A DNA stretch of 64,000 nucleotides from positions 67,952,001 through 68,016,000 of the forward strand of contig OX597828.1 in NCBI GenBank assembly GCA_951406725.2, written 5' to 3'. A program made the translations under genes and the position numbers. This document shows positions 51,101-64,000 of the stretch, piece after piece. The notes beneath the pieces are model-generated. The model was given only the letters and a program-made list of their open reading frames with translations, was not told the origin of the DNA and searched no databases. Every line of letters begins with the position of its first letter. Positions within the stretch are counted from its first letter, which is position 1. The DNA comes from Octopus vulgaris (taxonomy: Eukaryota).

Positions 51101-54100
51101 TAAAGTTATGGGATAATTAATTTCAATGCTGGAAGAAAAACAGATTAGCTGAAATTTTCCTTGTAGTTGTGGCAGAGGTTTTTGTAACTGTCACAGGAAA
51201 AGGAAGACAATTTGGAGAGATTAAGAATTGATCCCTGGAAGTCCATTCACATTTGGAGAAGGAAAGCTTGAATGGGGACTACTATGGAAGTGTTCCACTG
51301 TGTTACACTTCATCGACAATATCTTCTCTACTGATCAGCAGTAAATTACTGACAAGGTCAAATATGCTGAATCATCATATATTTGTCCCCTTGCTTGGAA
51401 ATAACTGTCATAATTTCCTTTCTGTAAATTTGTAAAATTTACTTTGAGAGATTAATTTGTTTTCTTTCTCTAATTAGAGGCAAGTTTCAATTAATTATTT
51501 TAGCTCCTCCCCCCACTTCACATTACACTAACACAGCACTCAATTCTACAACTTGTTAAAACAAGCTGGCCAGTCGAGAGGGATGGTGGACAGATTAGTT
51601 AATATTAAGATTAATTGTACAAATCTTGTGTAATTTAATACTTAGGCTGTTAATTAGTGTCAGTTCCATTTTACTTAACTGCTATATTGTTGAAGACTTT
51701 TCTCTGTGTGTGTGTGTTGGTAAGTAGCTACAATAGATACCTTTCCTTTTTAATGTCATGTATTCAGGTCATGAAGTAGGAACGGTGGCAGCTATTTAGT
51801 AGCTAAGGGTGAAGCAGTGAAGGAAGTTTATGGGTTAACTATGTAATGAAAAGAAGAAGAAAAAAAACCCCGCATAACTCGCTCAATCCTCCACCCTCCT
51901 CTTTACCAAAATACTTGTTAACAAATGTCTATTTTTTAACTTGAGATGGTATTTAAGGGTTATAGATAGGAACAACCTGCATAAAATATTTCACTCTCTT
52001 CCTCAAATCCATTTCCTCTTCCCCATAAAAGACCTGTTGACAAAACTGAAGAAAGAAAATTATTAAATTAATTCCACAAACTTAAGAACAGTTCCCAACA
52101 TTTTAAATGAGACAAATTTCATCTCACAATTATTAGAGATTATTAACATATCTGTTTATCAATTAATTTATTTAATGATAACTGTTTTACATAAACCATT
52201 TAAAATAAATAATTGTACAACTAACACCAGGTATTGTTTCAATGTAAAATGATTCTTAGAACCTGGCCAAGCTTCTAGTTTTGTTGTTTTCTTATCATTG
52301 GAGCATCATGACCTATTGACATTAAGAATTTTTGTCCAAAAGTTAAAAATATAGAATATTTAATGTTGTGCTGGATTTCAATATTATTTTGTAATGTGGT
52401 GTATTTATTTGTAATTTCCAGAAACTTACCAAAGGGCCCAACAACTGGTCGGTGTCTGAGGTAACTCAGGCATTAATAATACTTTCTCACTTCCATGCAT
52501 TGTCCGGGTTTATTTATGGCTGTGGAATTAGTTGTGATTTTGATGCTGATCAAGGACTCACTTACCTGCCTGCTTCCAAGAACTATGATGATTCTTGTGA
52601 AAATGGCTGTCAAAGTGAAGAAGAAACAGAAGAGGAAGAAGATAATGTAAGTGAAACCTTTTTTTTTTCTTTTTAAATAGCTCAGTAGATGAACGTTGTA
52701 TTTATTGTAAATGAGAAATATAATTATGCTTACATGGTAACATAGAACTGCGTATGTGTGTGTGTGTGTGTGTGTGTGTAACTGCTAATTTCTCTTTCAC
52801 TAAACAATTTCTGTAATGCTAATGACAGTGCATAGATATTTGTTTTTATTCTGGTACAGTATTAATCATTTAATGATGCAATTAACTGAATCACCATTAT
52901 TTCCTTTTTGATTTAATTAATTGAAATCTAAAATGCTAATAATAGTACAAAGTATTCAACTGATTTCTGAATTTTGTTAATTATATTATTAGTTTTTTAA
53001 TAAATTGAGTTTTCATCGTCACTGCTTGTTATGGTGGGGAAAAAATATCTTGTAGCAAACAAAGACAGCAAACTGGGTTCAATTCTCTTAGTGACAATGC
53101 ATTAAAATGTATTAGGAACTAAACACTTCGGTATATAACTTGTACTTTATTAATTCTAGGGGTAGGTTTGAAGTCCTAATTTCGAGAAGAAGAAGAAAAA
53201 ACTAAATTAGTTCAACCATTGATTGTAGTAATTATAAAAATATATCTTACTTAGGTACCGCATATTGGGGAAATGGACATTGTGTCCCTGTAACTGACTG
53301 ATCCTATTTTTATCAACTCTCAGTGGTGATGGTGCCATATAGTAGATTTAGTTAAACTTCTGATTTCCGTGTCCAGAAAAACCATTTTTAGTCAGCACAT
53401 TGTTAAAACCTTGTCAGCTTGATTTCTCTCTTCCATAAACCTCTAATAATTTGTGTAGGATTTTCAATAAGCCTGAATTATTGTATTTCTTTACAGTCTT
53501 ATGAATGCTTTGAGGGAGGAGTCGAAGCTTTACTTGAACGAATGAAGAAGCTGAGTGAAACCCAAGAAGAAGCAACAGAAGAAGAAATGCTGAAAGGATT
53601 TGAGAAGGTGGAATCTCCTAACCTCGAATGTAAGTTCAAAATTACTATTGTTGGGGAGTGGCATTGATGGAGTGCCACACAGCATGCTTAAGATTATTAT
53701 TTCTTCATATGTTCCTTATTCAGTTTGCATTTGATTTCCTTCTCAGTAGGGTTTGATCAAATAGGTTATTGACTCCCACCCCATATGTATGGTCTTGGAC
53801 CCATGGACTGATAAGAAACTTAAATATTCCCTCAAAATGTCTTCTTGAGTTGGCTGTAACGGTGAAAGGTCAAAGATTCTTATTTCTGCATATGGTTTCT
53901 TAATAATTTTTTAGCCAGACATTTTCTGTTTTCCTACCTGTACAAAATATAGAATATTCAACCCTCTTGGTTTAGCCAAAATGTTATTTTTTACATAGCC
54001 CCAATATGTCATATTGTTGACAATAATTGCCACTAAAGATAACCATGGTAGACTCTTCCCTGTCCAAGGAGAAAAAGTTCACAATGGGAATGAAGATGTG

Positions 54101-54770
54101 GACCATCAGTCTTCTCAATGAGAGCTGGCCTTGTCTGGGAAGAAGGAACTTCAAGATGGCCTTGCTGGTACATGCACCAGGCCCCATGAAGGCTCAAGAC
54201 ATTTCCTGGCATTAAGTACAAGAGCAAAGAAGAGATTTATAGACACATTCTGCCTGTTTCTACTATTGTTGTTCAATGTAGGGGAGGCTTTACTGGCTGC
54301 TGCTATTGTGCTGAACAGCAGGCCATAATGGATGGTCTAATTTGGAAAATTTTGCACTCTAATAGAGGCTGGAGACCCACTCAACTGCATTGATGGTAGT
54401 GGTAAATACATGAATGAAAATGAGGTTCTACCAAAGCTAATAGGGGCCAGAGATTCTTGGTGTTGAATGGTGAAACATCTTGGTTGCAGCCACTTAAAGG
54501 AGAGAAGCTAATGGTTATACAACTCCCCATCTTGTCATATTATAGTCTCTCATTCCTTGCATCCTTCCATATTACGACAAATGTTCTCAAACATTGGGTA
54601 TTGCGTTTATTTTGTTAGAATTGTTTTTCCCCAGCTAACATTCTTGGGTAGATTTGCAACACAGGAGCATTCCAACCATCTTGGCACATTTACAACACAG
54701 CTACACATTATGCTGCTCTCTAATCTGTTGACAGTTTTAGCAGCACAGTTTCTGCTTTTCACTCCAAACA

Positions 54771-54801
<31 letters not shown>

Positions 54802-57068
54802 ACACACATATAGATAGATAGTGCTGTGTGTTTTGTGTATGTTTATGTTCCCTCTTGTCTCATCTAGAATTACTATATGTTTTGGTTCTCTCTTTCTTTG
54901 ATTCTTTTAGTAAGTACCTCAACAGAGAATCTCACTGCAAACAAATCAAACATACTACGCTATGTCTATGAACCAGACTACACATACCAAGACTTCAAAC
55001 GTGTTAATTACCAAGAAGTAGCTACATTCCGAGCTCAGGATTACTCCTGGGAAGATCATGGGTTTTCATTAGCCAATCGTCTCTATCCAGAGATTGGAAG
55101 TCTATTGGACGAAAAATTCCGAGTGGCTTACAACCTTACTTATAATACGTAAGTAACCAACCAGATTTTCGATTTTATTTCCATATTTCATTTTGGTTTT
55201 TATTTTCTGTGGTTTTTAAAAGGTCGTTGGTAGTAATATGAACCCTTAAATATTTCTGTTAGACTTCTTAAGTCTGTCGGCTGCAAAATAGGATCTGGAT
55301 TGAAAGAATGTTGCACTCTGCTGTGTGCTACCAAGAATGGCAACTATTCAATTCTAAAAATATTTACTCCATTAATAAAAAGTTCTGTGATTTGTTGTCA
55401 GTTGACATACAAATAATGAAATGTTAATTTTAATGGAAATAATTAAAGGTTGTATTTGAACTGAAAATTAAAGTAAATACTGTAGAGAACTTTAAAAAAA
55501 AAAAATCATAAACTACCAATGTCATTGGTCTGGCAATACTTATTTGCACATTCTATCGCCTTGCATTGACCAGATGGAAACTTTGTGAAAGGCCATCAGA
55601 TTGTCTGTTCTTGTGATTGAAGAGCTCAGCCTTCCACACACTATTAAGACTGATTCTGTCAGAGTATTACATCACAGACACAATTATCTGTGGAATACTC
55701 AACCTTTTATGCAGTATTCCAATAAGTCATTGATTTAAGCAACTAGAATGAGGAAGGCCACACCTTGATGTGTGTGTGTGTAACTTTTAGATTTTATTTA
55801 TCAAAGTATCCAAGTAAAAATCTTGTCAAACATTTGAGTTAAAAAAATAGAAATGTTTAAAAGTGAGGTAAAATTATTCCAATTATTATGTTCTTGTATA
55901 GTTTTCCTAATTCATCTTCCTAATGAATTCTTCTATATTTTTTTTTCTTTAGAATGGGTAACAACAAAGGTGTTGATACGACAGCTTTCCGGAGAGCCAT
56001 CTGGAACTACATCCACTTCATGTATGGCATCCGTCACGATGACTACAATTACAATGAAGTGACCGATCTACTAGAGAGAGACTTGAAAACCTATGTTAAA
56101 ACTGTCACTTGTTATCCTGAGCAGGTTTCCTACCAAGATTACAAAAATGTTTTGAAAGGCTTTCAACATTCGGAAAAGGTAAGTAATGATTACCATTTAG
56201 AAAAACCTCCGTTCCACTTAATGGGAATCATTAGAATTAGAAATCATTAGCTTCTTCGCAATAAAACCTACTCTTTCGTGGTTCTCCCTGCTATCTTTGA
56301 AAGCAAATATTTGGTTTGAGCAGACTTACTCTTCTGTAGTCCTTGCAACTTTTAACCCTTTAGTGTTCGCATTATTCTGCCAAAATTAATCCTTTTTTTT
56401 ATCCACATTGCCTTGAACTAATCAGGCATTAATCTTGGTGCTATGAGATTTTGATGAGGTAGCTGTTAATTTTTAAAACGATATTGTAGAGTTGGTGTGA
56501 GAGACCAGATCCGGCCAGTTTGAACATAGAACAGGCAGAATACTTTTGGCCGGTTTAAATGCTAAAGGGTTAACGCTGTTCCTTCCAATGAGGCGGCTAA
56601 TCTGCTTACATAATGATGAAAATGGAGAGATAGTATTGAGTGTTTTAGTAGATGAAAGACAAAGTGAAAAAACATTGCTCAGATTCCAGCCATTAGTTAA
56701 AAAGAATTATTATATATCTTACTTAACTTCAATCTTTATCAAAGGAAAGGACCAATTTGTTCAAGAATATATTTTACTTTCTCTTTCGGAATTCTTTCTT
56801 TTTGGGGTATTTTGTAAAAATGTAGAAGTAGCAATAGCTTTTTAAAGAATTACTAAATGAATTTTAGAATATTTTAACTAAAAAAAATCTTCAAGGGACA
56901 GTTTTCATTTTTCAATTTTTATCCTTAATCTTATTTGTTTTAATTACAATTTAATTTTTTTTTTCTCTTCTTTTTACTTAGGTTCATGTCAATTTGATGA
57001 TGTTGGAAGCTCGTCTACAGGCAGAATTGTTATATTCTTTGCGGGCTGTAATGAGGTACATGACTTGA
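38117..57068 (+). CDS. SESN: Sestrin (PA26 family), spliced CDS join(38117..38173,40832..40861,47630..47800,48985..49167,52422..52646,53497..53629,54911..55148,55953..56178,56982..57068), 1350 nt, 449 aa
   Basis: All introns are GT-AG and the phases (0,0,0,0,0,1,2,0) join into one ORF. Hallmark Sestrin motifs: [103 protein letters not shown]. The first two exons are less certain than the last seven. Confidence 0.93.
40832..40861 (+). CDS. SESN: Sestrin 30-nt microexon [10 protein letters not shown]
   Basis: ttcacag|GTT...GAG|gtaatt, phase 0-0. The joined sequence [16 protein letters not shown] resembles vertebrate SESN3 VVQANTVDERTNFLV (recalled). Confidence 0.75.
41904..41950 (+). promoter_or_regulatory. 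CCAAT cluster (three boxes), possible third promoter or enhancer
   Basis: CTGATTGGCT, GACCAATT and CCATTGGTC within 45 nt in repeat-free intronic DNA. Confidence 0.35.
42926..43050. repeat. Three tandem copies of a ~45-nt unit
   Basis: ccaaactgtagttat.ccctt...ttaacgtct x3. Confidence 0.85.
44871..45088 (+). mobile_element. SINE family A variant (tail like the copy at 100-240)
   Basis: Shared head and core; TAATATTA(TA)CTTCA flanks. Confidence 0.8.
45305..45609. mobile_element. Unclassified insertion with 82-bp inverted arms and 14-bp direct flanks
   Basis: Arms at 45304-45385 and 45494-45575 (3 mismatches); ATTAAAATCTAATA at 45291-45304 and 45610-45623. Confidence 0.8.
46693..46930 (-). 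mobile_element. RTE family B 3' fragment with deletions
   Basis: Shared terminus and repeat units. Confidence 0.8.
47058..47081 (+). CDS. Candidate 24-nt cassette microexon VICSSECK
   Basis: cctttcaatatttttag|GTTATTTGTTCTTCTGAATGTAAG|gtacgt, phase 0-0, no stop. Confidence 0.45.
47454..47579. repeat. Three tandem 39-nt copies of TTATCCAAGTTTTGGGGGAAGTAGGAA(T)n
   Basis: Starts at 47454, 47493 and 47532. Confidence 0.92.
47630..47800 (+). CDS. SESN: Sestrin exon TRTLFVNAF...[15 protein letters not shown]
   Basis: ttctttcag| ... ATG|gtaagt, 171 nt, conserved Sestrin motif. Confidence 0.95.
48150..48540 (+). mobile_element. Old SINE with family-C head and RTE-family-B-like tail
   Basis: ttggcaagtgtcttct..agcccc head; gaagggcatc..gcatggaaa tail. 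Confidence 0.65.
48985..49167 (+). CDS. SESN: Sestrin exon [10 protein letters not shown]...[14 protein letters not shown] (AhpD-like N domain; Cys codon 49003-49005 equivalent to SESN2 C125)
   Basis: gtag|GCT ... GAA|gtaagt, 183 nt. Not in the ORF track; translated by hand. Confidence 0.96.
50556..50756. mobile_element. Second piggyBac-like MITE family inserted in the TTAA of an RTE 3' terminus
   Basis: catcatTTAA|CCCTTT...AAAGGG|TTAAtgttcaccttcca. Confidence 0.75.
52422..52646 (+). CDS. SESN: Sestrin exon [14 protein letters not shown]...[10 protein letters not shown]
   Basis: ttccag|AAA ... AAT|gtaagt, 225 nt. WS motif (SESN2 S190-equivalent) followed by an acidic linker. Confidence 0.94.
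53497..53629 (+). CDS. SESN: Sestrin exon [19 protein letters not shown]...VESPNLE
   Basis: ttacag|TCT ... GAA T|gtaagt, 133 nt. VEALLERMK linker motif. Confidence 0.92.
54911..55148 (+). CDS. SESN: Sestrin exon ...[21 protein letters not shown]...LTYNT
   Basis: cttttag|TA ... AC|gtaagt, phase 1 to 2. Confidence 0.93.
55953..56178 (+). CDS. SESN: Sestrin exon [19 protein letters not shown]...GFQHSEK (leucine pocket, DD GATOR2 motif)
   Basis: tctttag|A ... AAG|gtaagt, phase 2 to 0. Confidence 0.96.
56356..56569 (-). mobile_element. piggyBac-like MITE in the last Sestrin intron, same family as 15014-15235
   Basis: TTAA|CCCTTTAG...CTAAAGGG|TTAA. Confidence 0.87.
56982..57068 (+). CDS. SESN: Sestrin terminal coding exon [28 protein letters not shown]
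   Basis: Long pyrimidine tract, acttag|GTT, canonical Sestrin C-terminus, TGA at 57066-57068. Confidence 0.97.
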   Translation, partial: VHVNLMMLEARLQAELLYSLRAVMRYMT

Positions 57069-57158
57069 AGTGGGTACTGCTGACTGGTTCTGTCCGGTGT
57101 GCTAGTGGGTGCCTGCTGTCATAGAACTGTTAATATGGTATTTATGAAGAAGAGCCAA

Positions 57159-57164
57159 AATAAA
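57159..57164 (+). terminator. First AATAAA polyadenylation signal after the Sestrin stop
   Basis: Hexamer 90 nt after TGA. Later hexamers exist, so the true transcript end is unknown. Confidence 0.3.
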
Positions 57165-57833
57165 AACCATATTTTATATATGTATATATTTGAAAGTGTG
57201 TGTGTCTATACATGTATACTGTATATATATGTGTATAATGTATAACATATGTGTATATGTTATATATATATATGTGTGTATAACATATATGTGTATGATA
57301 TATATATATGTGTGTAATATATATATATATATATATATATATGTATTATACATGTATATATATTATGTGTGTGTATGTATGTATATCTGTGTGTGTGTAT
57401 GTATATATTTGAATATGTATATATATAATATATTACAGCAGCTAGAATTGTGAAGCAGCTGTGTCTGCAATTAAGCTCAGGGGACATAGAAATCAGAAAT
57501 CAGAAAAGCTCTTCCTCCCTTGGATAAATCATCACAAATATGATGATGATGATGATGATGATGTTGATGAATATATACCCACAGCATTATGTGAACATTT
57601 CTTTTTTAAAAATGGGCAAAAAATACATATATATTGACTGAAAAAAAATTGAACTGAATTCCAAACCAAGACACACACTCATACATATGAATGTATGCCT
57701 GTCTGTGTTAATGTGTATACATCTGTATAGCCTCACAGGTATGTGTATACATGTGTATAACCTTGGCTAACAACATTTAAATAGTTATATATGTAATATA
57801 TATATACTTCTATGTTATATAAGGTGTGTTTTA

Positions 57834-57866
<33 letters not shown>

Positions 57867-57878
57867 TATATACATATA

Positions 57879-57923
<45 letters not shown>

Positions 57924-58525
57924 GCATATACAAGAGTATATATGTGTGCGTGTGTATAATGTATATATATATACATACGTAAACGTGTTTATATGAGGTG
58001 TGTGTAAATATGTGTAAATGCACACACTATATAAATACACACGAAGTATACACATGCATATATATAGTGAGGTATACACATACTGGTTATATAAGGTATA
58101 TAAACATCTTTTTTTATTTAATGACCTTCAAGAAATTAAAAATTATATGAGAGTACTCTACAATGATACAGAGTACTGTACAATGATATACAAAATGAGT
58201 ACTCTAGTACTTTTTTTTTTTTCTAAAATACTTGGCACATAATGTGCATATGGTGGAGTCAGGCTTATTGCCATGTGTGCATCATGTAAGTGACAGACAT
58301 GCTGTGGCGGCAGTCGCAGTTGACAGTGAAATAATTGTTTTCCAAGAATAGACTAAATGGTACGAGGTAGAACAGCATGATTGTGGTCTTGTGTGATCTG
58401 CTTGGGATCAAATTTTGAGTATTGCTACTAATTCTGTCAACTTCACTGCACATGAATGTCTGTTATTTAAGGAAGAAAAAAAAAATATTAATCTGTGATA
58501 TATTATATCTTTTTACTATCTTTCT

Positions 58526-58611
<86 letters not shown>

Positions 58612-61600
58612 CTCAGATAGAAAATGTCATTATAACAATACATGAGCTGACGGAAAACATTAATTATATTAAACTGGACTAATTATAACAAGCATGGGAC
58701 TCGAGCTCACACATTTACACAGGGTACAAACAAACATAAGGGGTAAATTGGGTCTTAACACAAAAATATTCTGTTCAGGGCATTTTTTTTTTTCCAGATG
58801 TAGAATAAATTACACACACACTCACACACACACACACACACACACACACATGCAACATGCAACACATCCTTCTCAAGCTTGTTATATGTAGAATGTACCT
58901 TTGCATTAACATGTTTCTTATATATACACACCAATATACACAAACACATACCCACATATGGTTATATAAAATAAATATATCCATGTATCCCATACACACA
59001 TAATTTACTTGGGTGAAATATAAGGCAAGGTATTTTGCAATATTTTGATAAAAAAAAAATACCATTTTATGGAAATTTATTGATGAAAAAACAATTTTTT
59101 TTGTTTTCGAAAATCTATTTCCTTATTTTAGATGATTAACCCATTGTCAAATTTTTATGGAAAAAAACTGCATTATTTAGATTGTATTTTTTTTTTTTTT
59201 TTTTCAAGTAGTTAATGCAGCTCAAAATATAAATACTTGTAGTTCTAAACTTGTAGTCATGTTATCTCTGGAATTATTCATATAAAATCTTCAAAAAAAA
59301 AAATGAAAATAATAATAATAATGATAATTAAAAAAAACTTTATTGGATTTGATACATATGTATATATAGTCCGGCTACTCTTCTAACATCGAAATAAGTA
59401 CATTTATTGTTAATAGTTTTTATTCTGAACAATAATTTCTCAGTATTAATTAAAAACATTACTAATTACATATACACAATGTAATCTTAACGAAAAACTA
59501 TCAGTCTGTATCTGTCTGTCATAAACTTAACTATTCTCTGGACATTGAGACCTTCAGATTAAGGTTTATTAGAAAAACAATATTCAGGTTTATAATAATA
59601 ATAATAATAATAACTTCTAGTTTCTGAAAAAAAAAAACCCACAAAAAAAAAAAAAAAAACAATCACCAGTCCCCTCTTTAGAACTATTCAATTACCATGC
59701 TCGTTATATTTGTGAACAGTCTTAGAATATAATTTTCTATCCGAAAATTCTTCGTATATATTATATATATTTATTCTACTTTCTTAAAGGAAGAAAGAAA
59801 GAAGGGTGAGGGGGAAGGGAATGGTCTTCAAGTGGAAATGGTGGTTAATATTTTCGTGAGATGTACGTGTTCTCCAACTGTGATGGTCTCTAGTTTCATA
59901 ATGATGGTCATGATGATGGATAATGGTGTTGGTAGTAGTAGTAGTTGTAGTAGTAATAATAATAATAATAATAATACCAATGTAAAGTTTAGCTTAAAAG
60001 ATAAAACTTAAATAATAATCATACCTTGTGATTTAAAGAGAGTAATATATATTTTTGAGTTAACTCACCTGAAATGAAACATTAAAATTTTTTTTTATTT
60101 TTACTTGAAACATAAAAATCTAAATTTATTTAACAAAAAGTATATTTTTTTTCTTTTTTTAATTCCTTATTTTGGCAGAAAAGTTCTGGCCACTTTCTTT
60201 TCTCATAAGGCTTTTTTCCTTTAAAGTTTTCTTTTCGCTACTTTTGTCAAAATATAGCAGAAGAAAAGAATAATATCAAAGCAATTAATAATTTATTTAT
60301 ATATTTATTCTAAATGTTTTTTTTTTTATTATTATTATATATATATATATATATACCCTTATTCTGCTAATATTTTTTATAGTCTATTTAACACAAAGAA
60401 CAAAATATCCATTTTTATTTTATTTATTTTTTCTCTACAATGTGTTATATTAGCAAAGACTTCCAATTTTGTTTAAAGAATATTAGCTTGGTCAGTTCCT
60501 GTATATAAATGTATAATATATGCGTATGTATATACATATGCTCTCAAATTGTGTAGGTATTTATGTATACAAATGTGTGTGTGCGAGCATGTGTGTGTTT
60601 TCAAGGTGGTTTTTTTTATGTTACCTTGAAGCAGTGTTTTCTATTCCAATAACTGTTGTTTTACTTTGTTTTATAATTTCTTTTTCAAAGCCTTTTTACA
60701 AATCAAGAGGAATTCTTCAAAATGTTTTGGGTGTGATATATATATATGTATGTATCTGTATGACTGGGTGTCTATGTATATAATATGTAAGATTCCAATT
60801 TTAAATTTCTAAGGGTTTTTTTTTTCCTCAAATAAAATCTTTCATTTATTTGGAGGATTCCTTCTAATCTTTGGTTTTTCTCTAACAAGGGGGATGGTGT
60901 TTGGTTAGGGTTGGTGGGTTAACAAGTGATATCTCGGGTTCTGTTGGCCTTTTGGACAGAGGCTGTTGTTTCTCAGAATTGAGTTGTTTTTTTTCTCTTT
61001 TTATACTAAATTTCTTTAATTCCTAATTACACCCACTTATAGCAAAGGTTTTAAAGAATGTTTTAGAGAAGTGGGAGTGATAGTTTATAAAATACTAAAA
61101 TCTAATGCCAATCTTACTGGGTTTACATCCAAATTGACTAGAAACTTGGGAGAAGGGTCATTATTTACTTACAAAAAGCACAATTTTTGTTAAAAACAGC
61201 TACCTAGGGTTTCCTGGTTGAATTCTGATTTTTATTATATATATAATCATAGGTTAGCCTGTTAATATATCATCCCTTTTAATCAACTTGAAATGCCAAA
61301 AGAGTAAAATGTAAAAAATTCATTTGTTACTTAAATAAATGAAAACTATTCCTATAATAGCTAATTAGTAGTTTATTTATCAGATTGATTAGTAATTCTC
61401 ATGAAACATGTGCTATCATCCATCCTCTAGTCAAATTCTTCTGGCCCAAACTTTTTTTTATTTATTATTTTCCTTTGTAAGACTATAATAGGATTTTTTT
61501 TTTTTTTTTTGAGAATTCAGTGTCCATTCTTGTTGAATTCTATAATATGAATCCCACAGCACAAAAACTTACCTAATAACTAATGTCTTTCCTGTTGTAT

Positions 61601-61961
61601 AAATATATGCAACACTTTATATAATACGTATGTATATACATGTGTAAATATATACACTTGTGTGTGTGTGTATGTATGTATGTACATATATATATATGTA
61701 CATACATACATACACACACACATTGTATGTATTGTATAATTTTTCCTGCATTTGTGATTTTTTTCTTACAATTGGTTTGGACGGACCATTCCTAATGTTT
61801 TTATTTTATTTTTTTATTTTTATCCCTTTTTTTTTTTACTTGTTTTTTCTTACGACAAGGCTCCAGTCCAGAACTTGTAAATTTCTTTGAAAAACATTTG
61901 TAATGTTTTAAGAGTTCTTACTTGATGAGAAAGAAACATAAATCTTGTGTTTTTACCATCA

Positions 61962-61999
<38 letters not shown>

Positions 62000-64000
62000 T
62001 TTGACTTCAGTTATTTTGTATTGTTCTTCCAAAACTTGTAGTTTAACTGAGAACTACTGAATTTTACCTCTCAAAGTTGGTGAAAAACTTTCGTTTCTTT
62101 CCTTTTATTTTTTTTTTTTTTTACATTATTATATTATAATAATAATTATTATTGATAGTCTTACAGCTGTTTTTACCAAGTGCAGCTGTATAGTGATATC
62201 TTTTCAAGTAGAAATGTTTGTATGAAAGGTAGGTAGGAATGTATGTATGTCTGTGGCACCAAATTCTTTACAACATAAAACTGTAATCTGACTGATATTT
62301 TTTAAAAGAATTTCCGAAGAATTTATTATTACTGATGATGATTATGATAGACTTAACAGTTGCATATACCAATACTCCAACAAAATACATTTATGTACTC
62401 CCACATGAATCCACATGAGTTCCTTCTGTCAAAAAAAAAACAAAAACCTTGTTTAATCAACATGCACGATTTGAGAAGTGTGTGTGTTAAAACAAACAAG
62501 GAAACTAATCAATATCTTAATGCCTCCCCCGTCACACATAACACACATTCACAGCAACTTTAAGTTACCACCAGGAACTTGCCCCATCCTTCTCTAAGCT
62601 TTAAATTTATCATAATGTCCTTCACATTGTGGCAGACAAAGAAACTTTGTTCGCTAATCCTATGAGTCTCCAGTTGTAAATTGGAATATTCCTGGAGAAA
62701 AAGAACAGTTCGTTTACTTAACGGGGCTATAAATGAATCCAAAGACAGTTTTCAGTGACATTACAATAATCATATACTGCCGTACCCTCTCCCTTGACTG
62801 TAAAATGAGACAAAGCTGAAGTTTTACATTTCAACTATACCATGATTTATTAAATGTAATACACACACACACACACAGATTGTTAGTATTGGTCGCAATT
62901 CTAACATGTAGCAGTGGTGTTTAGAGCTTTGTAAAATCATGAGCTCCAGTTGCAACTTTGATTGCAATTGTCACAACCTCTGCTCTCTTTTGAAGTTTGT
63001 CACTTTGTCAGACAAAATATTGACAATGAACTTGACTTAACATGTATATAGGGTCAAAATTGAAGACAGTGTAAAATCTGGTCTAGATTCTCCAATTCCT
63101 TACTTGCAGTATAGGGCTTATCAGACTCTGGGAGCTGACTACCTGTTCAGGTTTAAGAGTTCGTTTTCCTTGCCATTCAGTTTTTTATTTATATAAATAT
63201 ATATATATATATATTCGTTTTCTACTTCTTCCAATTAAAACCCCCAACAAATTGCTTGGTGATGCCATTTCATTGGGAACTGGTTTTTAGGGCAATATTA
63301 CGCATCAAACACATCTGCCATTCTTTGTCCATTAAAAAATATATTCTCCCTCTCTTAATCTTCCTGACTTTCTCATTCTGGTGGCATTATTGAGCTGAAG
63401 CCTCCTACCCCATCCCAATATATATGTTGGTTGTGATTTCTTGATTTTCTGACGATAATTAAATTAATTTATCAAAATAAAAAATAAAATATATATATAT
63501 ATATAAATCTTTAAAACCAAAATAAAGGGTTACTTTTAAGTTCTTGCAACAAATGCTAAAATAACAATGGCAACTTTGATAACTTAGATTTTCCTGATAA
63601 AGCCTTTGTTTAAGAGAAATTGATCTTCTCTTTAAATTGGAACCACCTCAGTTGACAATAATAATTAGTAAAGACATTAGTAAATACTTCCAATTTTTAG
63701 CAAGTTGTACTTGATGGGGGGTGACAGGGTAGATTGACTAATTGGGAAATTACAATTTTCTGGCTCCTCTTTTCCAGCTCTCAGTTCAGGTTTCTCATAA
63801 AAATGTACACCTTTAGCACCTCTCCTCTCTCTCTCCTCTGTCTCTTAATTATTGCCATTATTGCTTGACTCTCTCTGAACAAGTGCCACTTCACTTTGTT
63901 TTAACAAGGTGAAGCAGACAAGACAGATTGATATAGTGAGTGTGTGTGAAGAGAAGAAAGGAACGGGACAAAAAATATAATTAAAAAAAAAAAACACAAA

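Noticed and set aside
53984-54600. Intronic GC-richer stretch with short ORFs, possibly a decayed retroelement
   Set aside because: No motif convincing by eye; needs BLASTx
57066-57083. Stop-codon readthrough of Sestrin
   Set aside because: TGA-A context is not leaky and another TGA follows after four codons

Overview
AT-rich, microsatellite- and retroposon-dense eukaryotic DNA. The repeat families resemble those of octopus/coleoid genomes; this taxon call is an inference from memory of those families. The only protein-coding gene I can support is a + strand Sestrin. It has 9 GT-AG exons (38117-57068) that join in frame into a 449-aa protein, behind a TATA/Inr promoter at about 38.0 kb. Candidate extras are a distal first exon at 2346-2411 with a CCAAT/AARE promoter, two further frame-preserving microexons (12 nt and 24 nt), and a possible third promoter near 41.9 kb. 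The rest is tRNA-derived SINEs (often nested in older SINEs), many 5'-truncated copies of one RTE-clade LINE whose 3' UTR carries an array of ~65-nt structured units, several MITEs, a decayed hammerhead-like palindrome and a TSD-flanked 82-bp hairpin insertion. Long (TA/TG/CA)n tracts generate most of the ORFs in the supplied track. All alignments were done by eye and no searches were run.
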